A DNA stretch of 64,000 nucleotides, taken from a virus (lineage: Duplodnaviria > Caudoviricetes). Position numbers and translations under genes: made by a program. Location of the stretch: the IMG/VR virus record IMGVR_UViG_3300033062_001341, positions 16,898 through 80,897 of that record, one strand, 5' to 3'. Shown here one piece after another: positions 59,179-64,000 of this stretch. A model generated the notes under the pieces. It was given only the letters and a program-made list of their open reading frames with translations. It was not told the DNA's origin and ran no database searches. How positions within the stretch are numbered: position 1 is the stretch's first letter; every line of letters begins with the position of its first letter.

Positions 59179-59876
59179 TAAATGTACCATTAACAAAGTT
59201 TTTATTCTTAGATATTGAAACAGTTGGATGTGAATCCAATTGGGAAAATTTTAAGAAAAACAAAAAAGAACTTTCATTTCAGTTTGAACATATTCAAGAC
59301 AATCTTCGAAAAAGATTTCCTGAGGAATCAGATACCCCAATTGAACAATTATTTGTTAATAGAGCGGCATTAGTCCCTGAATTCTTAAAGATAGTTTGTG
59401 TTAGTGTTGCGTTTGTTATGGATGACGGAACAGTTAAACTACAATCTTTCCATAGTGAAGATGAAGGTAAATTACTCCAAGACGTTCAAAAACTATTAAA
59501 CCGAACAGGTGATTTAGGATTTTTCTTATGTGGACATAATGTTAAAGGATTTGATATTCCAACATTAGCTAAACGTATGATGATGTACGGATTGGAACCA
59601 CCAAAGTTATTACCGAGTTACGACACCAAACCTTGGGAGATTAAAGCAATTGATACCAAAGACATATGGCAATATGGTGGTTATGGTCAATTTGCATCTC
59701 TTGAGTTAATGTGTGTTTGTATGGGTGTCGAATCATCTAAGAATACAGAAGTGACTGGTAACAGAGTTCACGAAGCGTATTGGATTGATAAAAATATTGA
59801 AGGTATTGTAAAATACTGTGAGAAAGATGTCATGGTTTTGATAGATATAATTAAAAAATTAAAACAATTAAAATAA
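59175..59876 (+). CDS. DEDD 3'-5' exonuclease (PolB-like exonuclease family)
   Basis: FLDIETV, HNVKGFDIP, YCEKDV. Confidence 0.85.
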   Translation: MINVPLTKFLFLDIETVGCESNWENFKKNKKELSFQFEHIQDNLRKRFPEESDTPIEQLFVNRAALVPEFLKIVCVSVAFVMDDGTVKLQSFHSEDEGKLLQDVQKLLNRTGDLGFFLCGHNVKGFDIPTLAKRMMMYGLEPPKLLPSYDTKPWEIKAIDTKDIWQYGGYGQFASLELMCVCMGVESSKNTEVTGNRVHEAYWIDKNIEGIVKYCEKDVMVLIDIIKKLKQLK

Positions 59877-60484
59877 TGGAAAACGTTTTTGATGCAAACG
59901 CAATGGAAGAAATTCTCAAGCAATTTGAACGAATAAAAAAAGATGCGGGAATTGAGCCTGATGAGGATTCAAAGAAAGAATTAGAAGACCTACTTGGATT
60001 CAGTATGGAAGAATTTGATGTAGACATCAATAGACAATTAAAAACTAGAACCCTTCAAGTAAAAAAACTTAGAGATGATGCTTACGAACCATCATATAAC
60101 TATGAATCAGACTCAGGTTTTGATTTACATTCTGTCGAGGAAGTAACGTTACCCCCTTTTGGTAGAGATTTAGTTCCAACAGGATTAGCATTTGGTATTC
60201 CTCCTGAATATGAAATTCAGGTAAGACCTAAGAGTGGGTTAGCCCTCAAACAAGGTTTGACTGTTTTAAACACACCAGGGACTGTTGATGCTGGTTATGA
60301 TGGAGAAGTTAAAGTGATTGTCTTCAATACAAACAACCACGAAGTAACCATAACTAAAGGTATGAAAATAGGACAAGCCGTTTTATCTCCTGTTGTTTGC
60401 GGATATTATGTCAACTTAGAGATGGTTGAACAAATAGAAAAGAAAGAACGAGGAGATAACGGATTTGGTAGCACGGGAATTTAA
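59876..60484 (+). CDS. dut: Trimeric dUTPase with acidic N-terminal extension
   Basis: SGFDL, RPKSGLA, PGTVDAGYDGE, IGQ, RGDNGFGSTG. Confidence 0.92.
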   Translation: MENVFDANAMEEILKQFERIKKDAGIEPDEDSKKELEDLLGFSMEEFDVDINRQLKTRTLQVKKLRDDAYEPSYNYESDSGFDLHSVEEVTLPPFGRDLVPTGLAFGIPPEYEIQVRPKSGLALKQGLTVLNTPGTVDAGYDGEVKVIVFNTNNHEVTITKGMKIGQAVLSPVVCGYYVNLEMVEQIEKKERGDNGFGSTGI

Positions 60485-60504
60485 TAAGAAAAATCTTTTT
60501 AATA

Positions 60505-62133
60505 ATGATTACAGTAGGATATTCAACAAGAACCCCAAACCCTGAATTTACAGAATACTTGAAGAAAAGTTCAGGATTTAAAAAAATTAATGTAATAGAA
60601 AAAGTTAATAACGGAGAAAAATCTTTATCTCAAGTTTATAACGAAATTCTATCTGAGTCAGAAACTGACATAGTTGTCTTTTGTCATGACGACATTTACT
60701 TTGATACAACAGGTTGGTACCATAAGTTAATGAAACACTTTGATAAAAGTGATTTTGGTATTATTGGTATGGCAGGTACAACAAACATGCCATCAAGTGG
60801 TCAATGGTGGGAGGATAGAAGAAAGATGGTTGGTATTGTAAACCACGAACACGAAGGTAAAAAATGGGTTTCAAAATATGCTGATGACTTAAATAATAAC
60901 ATTAAACAAACAATAATGGTTGATGGATTATTTTTTGCTGTCAGTAAAGAAAGATTAAAGTCAAACTTTGTTGAGGAGTTCCAAGGGTTTCACTTTTATG
61001 ACGTCGCGTTTTGTTTTGAGAATTTCCTCAAAGGTGTGAAAATTGGTGTTATCACTAATATTAGAATTACACACAAATCGATTGGTCAAACAAACCAACA
61101 ATGGGAAGACAACAAACAATTATTTGCCAGCAAATATTCTGAGTCTTTGCCAGCAAAAGTTCCTTTTGACACGAACAAAAAATTAAAAATATTAATATCT
61201 TGTCTATTCTTTAAAACCTTGACAGGTTCAGAATTATATGTTTATGAGTTAGCCAAAGGGTTAAAAGCTCTTGGTCATAGTGTAACTGTTCTATCACAAA
61301 TAGGTGGACCGTTGACAGACATGGCAAAGAAATTAGGTATTAAATGTGTTTCATTTGAAGAAGCACCAGGATTTAAACTTGGTGATGGTAAGTGGGGATT
61401 CAACACACCAGAAGGAGTTAAACCTTCAACTGAAAATGTTCTATACAGAGTATCCGAAGTTGATTTTGATATTATTCATATGCAACATAAACCTGTTGCC
61501 GAAAGAATGATTCAATTTTATCCTGAAATAGATAAAATCTATTCAATTCATTCTGAGGTTATTGAATTGGAAGACCCAATCAAACACGAATCAATAAAAA
61601 AATATATTGCAATTAGACCTGAGATTAAGAATCATATTGTAAATAAATTTGAAATACCTGAAGAAGAAATTGAAGTAATTTATAATCCTGTTGATAACGA
61701 AAAATTTAAACCAATTAAATCTGAAATTAAAGACGCTGTTTTATTTGTTGGTACCATAGATTACTTAAGAAGAGAAACCATAATGGATTTAATCGACTAC
61801 ACAAAAGATAACAACAAAGAATTATGGTTAATGGGTGAAGACAAACAAAATTATTTGCCAACAATTTTAACCCAAGAACATGTTAAACATTTTGAGGCTG
61901 GTTGGAATGTTGAAAAATTAATTAACCAATGTACAGAAACTGCAGGTATTCAATTAGGAAGAACTACAATTGAAAGTTGGTTATGTGGAAAACCAAGTTG
62001 GATTTATAAAGTTAATTCTTTGGGCAGTATTGAATCTAAAGAAAAAATTGAAGTTCCCTCAGATTTGGAAAAATACTACTCCAAAAATGTTATAGAAAAA
62101 ATAAAAGAAGAATACAATAAAGTTCTTTCGTGA
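60505..62133 (+). CDS. Bifunctional glycosyltransferase (GT2-like + GT-B)
   Basis: VVFCHDD, VDGLF, FHFYDV; second domain GSELYVYELA...YNPVD...GRTTIE. Confidence 0.75.
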   Translation: MITVGYSTRTPNPEFTEYLKKSSGFKKINVIEKVNNGEKSLSQVYNEILSESETDIVVFCHDDIYFDTTGWYHKLMKHFDKSDFGIIGMAGTTNMPSSGQWWEDRRKMVGIVNHEHEGKKWVSKYADDLNNNIKQTIMVDGLFFAVSKERLKSNFVEEFQGFHFYDVAFCFENFLKGVKIGVITNIRITHKSIGQTNQQWEDNKQLFASKYSESLPAKVPFDTNKKLKILISCLFFKTLTGSELYVYELAKGLKALGHSVTVLSQIGGPLTDMAKKLGIKCVSFEEAPGFKLGDGKWGFNTPEGVKPSTENVLYRVSEVDFDIIHMQHKPVAERMIQFYPEIDKIYSIHSEVIELEDPIKHESIKKYIAIRPEIKNHIVNKFEIPEEEIEVIYNPVDNEKFKPIKSEIKDAVLFVGTIDYLRRETIMDLIDYTKDNNKELWLMGEDKQNYLPTILTQEHVKHFEAGWNVEKLINQCTETAGIQLGRTTIESWLCGKPSWIYKVNSLGSIESKEKIEVPSDLEKYYSKNVIEKIKEEYNKVLS

Positions 62134-62840
62134 TAATATTAACCACAACATACAATTGTGCCACTTATGTGGAGAGGTCTTTATTAAGTATAATGTCACA
62201 AAGATTCAAAGACTTCACATGCTATATTACAGATGACCTATCAACCGATAACACAAGAGAAGTTATAAAAAAAACTATTGAGGGAGACTCAAGATTTATC
62301 CTAATTGAAAATCACATTAAACTATATCAGCCTGGAAACTATGAACAAATTATCAATTGGAGGGCAATTCCTGGTGAAGAAATATGTGTTGAGGTAGATG
62401 GTGACGATTGGTTACCTGATTCAAATGTCTTTACAAGAATTAATCAAGTTTATCAAGACCCAAATGTTTGGATGACAAGTGGTTCGTTTAAATATCACGA
62501 TGGTAGGCCAGGTTTTGCAAATCCCCCAACTCAGTTTACAAATATTAGAAAACAAACATTCACATTATCACATCTTAGGACTTGGAAATCTTGGTTATGG
62601 AAAAAGATTAAAGAGGAAGATTTAAAGGATGAGAGCGGTAATTATTGGAATGTTGCGGGTGATTTATCATTTATGTTCCCAATGGTTGAAATGTCAGGTG
62701 AGGAACATTATAGATTTTTGCCTGAGATAAATTACATTTATAACGAATCTAATCCTATTAATGACCATAAAGTTAATATGGGTAATGTGGTTAGCACTGT
62801 AAATAAAATTAGAAATAAACCCGAATACGGAAAATTATGA
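62130..62840 (+). CDS. GT2 glycosyltransferase
   Basis: TTYNC...SIMSQ...DDLSTD, EVDGDD. Confidence 0.8.
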   Translation: MIILTTTYNCATYVERSLLSIMSQRFKDFTCYITDDLSTDNTREVIKKTIEGDSRFILIENHIKLYQPGNYEQIINWRAIPGEEICVEVDGDDWLPDSNVFTRINQVYQDPNVWMTSGSFKYHDGRPGFANPPTQFTNIRKQTFTLSHLRTWKSWLWKKIKEEDLKDESGNYWNVAGDLSFMFPMVEMSGEEHYRFLPEINYIYNESNPINDHKVNMGNVVSTVNKIRNKPEYGKL

Positions 62841-63454
62841 CACCAAACGAAAAATGGAACGCAGCTAGGGGCGATGACACTTTAATCATTGACTACCCTT
62901 TAGATGAAAATTCACAAGTTATTGAACTAGGTGGATATCATGGATTATGGACAAAAAGAATATCACAAAAATTTAATTGTAATATTCTTACAATTGAGCC
63001 AATCCCAGAATTTTATAACAAAATGATAAACGAGTTTGATTACTATCTGAAAAATAACAGAGAAAAAATCAAAACAGAAAATTTTGGTATATCTACTGAA
63101 GAAAAAGAACTTACGTTCTCAGTTGATGGTGATGCAACCTCTGCGCACTTATCATCTTCGAACCAAATTACTATCACTTGTCACACCTTAGAACATTACC
63201 TACAAAAATATAACATTGAGAAAGTTGACCTTTTACAAGTTAATATTGAAGGTGAAGAATACCCTTTATTAGAAGAATGGACTAAATCAGGGATTATTAA
63301 TAAGGTAAAATACCTTCAAGTTCAATACCACAGATATGGTGAAAACTATGAAGTAAGACACAATAACATACAAGAGAATTTAAAAAACTTAGGATTCAAA
63401 TTAAGATATGAATTTGATTTTGTGTGGGAAGCATGGGAAAACACCAATTTGTAA
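62837..63454 (+). CDS. FkbM-family SAM-dependent methyltransferase
   Basis: VIELGGYHG, IEP, LLQVNIEGEEY. Confidence 0.75.
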   Translation: MTPNEKWNAARGDDTLIIDYPLDENSQVIELGGYHGLWTKRISQKFNCNILTIEPIPEFYNKMINEFDYYLKNNREKIKTENFGISTEEKELTFSVDGDATSAHLSSSNQITITCHTLEHYLQKYNIEKVDLLQVNIEGEEYPLLEEWTKSGIINKVKYLQVQYHRYGENYEVRHNNIQENLKNLGFKLRYEFDFVWEAWENTNL

Positions 63455-63457
63455 TTT

Positions 63458-64000
63458 ATGAGTAACTTGATATCATGTAATTTAATGGGTGGTTTAGGTA
63501 ATCAAATGTTTCAAGCAGGACATGCGTTGGCTCAAGGATGGAAACATAAAAGAGAAACTGTTTTTATTCCAAGGTCTTGGACTCCAATGCAAGGTAGAGA
63601 GACTTTTCATTACAGAGAAAATATTTTTAGGAATTTAAAATTTGTTGACAATATTGACGGATTCACAAAGGTCCATGAAGGACCTTGGGAATTCTCAGAA
63701 ATAAATCCTGTCGAAGATAATACCGTATTTGAAGGATACTTTCAAAGTGGTAAGAACTTATTAGGATTCAACGACAAGATTAGAGAAACCTTCGGCCCAA
63801 CAGAACAATTTATATCTGAAATTACTCAGAAATATCCACAACTTAATCAAGAGAATACCGTGTCAATTCACATTAGATTTGGTGATTACAAAGAAAACCC
63901 ACACATACATCCAAGTGTTTCAAAAGAATACTTAGACAAGGCATTAGAAATGATTGGTTCATATAGTCATTTGTTTTTGTTTGGTGACGACAAAGAATGG
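63458..64000 (+). CDS. GT11 alpha-1,2-fucosyltransferase-like (partial)
   Basis: Not in ORF track. MGGLGNQMFQ, EGYFQS, SIHIRFGDY; open to the right edge. Confidence 0.85.
   Translation, partial: MSNLISCNLMGGLGNQMFQAGHALAQGWKHKRETVFIPRSWTPMQGRETFHYRENIFRNLKFVDNIDGFTKVHEGPWEFSEINPVEDNTVFEGYFQSGKNLLGFNDKIRETFGPTEQFISEITQKYPQLNQENTVSIHIRFGDYKENPHIHPSVSKEYLDKALEMIGSYSHLFLFGDDKEW

Noticed and set aside
1-64000. Stop-codon reassignment as seen in some large phages
   Set aside because: Long ORFs tile densely under the standard code, with TAA, TAG and TGA all ending genes sensibly
1-64000. CRISPR array, tRNA, rRNA, intron or intein
   Set aside because: No repeat-spacer pattern or cloverleaf seen; polymerase, helicase and RNR look uninterrupted; HNH genes are intergenic

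Overview
64 kb segment of a large, AT-rich, standard-code myovirus-type (T4-like architecture) dsDNA phage genome, probably infecting Bacteroidota. The host call is an inference from the SSB ending in DLPF, a DUF5522-like gene, TTTG-N19/20-TAnnTTT promoters and few Shine-Dalgarno motifs. Layout: (-) baseplate wedge genes, class II RNR, helicase, 5'-3' exonuclease, UvsX, SSB, then giant hub and tube-initiator proteins, tape measure, gp26/gp51-like chaperone, tube, HAD, sheath and gp15/gp14 neck genes (1-33.8 kb); (+) two vSET-like SET proteins, SNF2 helicase, HNH, SOD fusion and gp13 neck (33.8-40.1 kb); (-) PolB, four glycosyltransferases, HNH and four Thr/Pro mucin-like surface proteins (40.1-55.2 kb); (+) hypotheticals, WYL protein and a second glycan cluster with exonuclease and dUTPase (55.2-64 kb). 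Top candidates for new biology: a phage mucin-type O-glycosylation system (GT60-like initiator next to Thr/Pro-rich virion proteins), a tandem SET + SNF2 cassette, a probable +1/-2 frameshift fusing gp26- and gp51-like ORFs, a SOD-nuclease-like fusion, and a recurrent TATTTAT upstream motif. All family assignments come from motif recognition by eye; no database searches were run.
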